DNA of 64,000 nucleotides from Chloroflexota bacterium (GTDB lineage Bacteria; Chloroflexota; Anaerolineae; Anaerolineales; UBA11579): NCBI GenBank assembly GCA_023485685.1, contig JAMCZK010000054.1, positions 2,440 to 66,439 of the forward strand, read 5' to 3'. Shown piece by piece: positions 63,951 to 64,000 of this stretch (position 1 is its first letter; each line of letters starts with the position of its first letter). The notes under the pieces were generated by a model. It saw only the letters and a program-made list of their open reading frames with translations, ran no database searches and was not told where the DNA came from. The position numbers and the translations under genes were made by a program.

Positions 63951-64000
63951 AAATAGTTCGCTGTCCGAACTAGTAAGTCGGAACGGGGGTTGCCATCGCT

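Overview
This is a 64-kb stretch of a high-GC bacterial chromosome. Hand counts of sample lines give above 55% GC outside one island; I did not compute it fully. The Ala/Pro-rich linkers, many GAF/PAS/TPR signalling proteins and dense palindromic intergenic repeats suggest Chloroflexota/Anaerolineae, but that is an impression only, since no search was possible. Most of the window is housekeeping. It includes a BMP-type ABC importer, topA, dprA, rpsP-KH-rimM, a DegV protein, pyrimidine-nucleoside phosphorylase, queA, ruvB and upp. It also includes yvcK-pgk-tpiA, recJ, tgt, uppP, an MrfA/MrfB-like helicase/exonuclease pair, sbcD and a DEAD-box helicase, plus signalling genes (PAS-GGDEF, 4xGAF-HD-GYP, a GAF-PAS histidine kinase, a Ser/Thr kinase with an FHA-wHTH partner). 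Two accessory loci stand out. (1) At 15.9-17.0 kb there is a tandemly duplicated two-gene module. It pairs a leaderless Gly-rich peptide made of four QPLSGGIGG-containing units, whose DNA copies differ only synonymously, with a 71-aa helical protein that looks like a RiPP leader. A STAND-TPR-wHTH/BTAD regulator lies upstream and a multi-GAF HD-GYP protein downstream; no modification enzyme or exporter is nearby. (2) At 52.9-58.4 kb there is an AT-rich island carrying a tightly coupled operon: a beta-class SPPF DNA methyltransferase, a HerA/FtsK-like ATPase and a NurA-like nuclease. The operon is bracketed by short direct repeats. The island also contains an iteron-like TTGACAAGTT array and a decayed duplicate of the neighbouring gene's 3' end. 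I read this as a restriction-modification-like defence candidate. Other observations: a roughly 126-bp multi-hairpin repeat is inserted twice, in frame, in the MrfA-like helicase, which also carries an HNH motif. A MITE-like repeat family (ends approximately GTCATTNCGAG) has about 10 copies. A mobA-like gene is frameshifted in a T-run. No rRNA, tRNA or CRISPR array was recognised.
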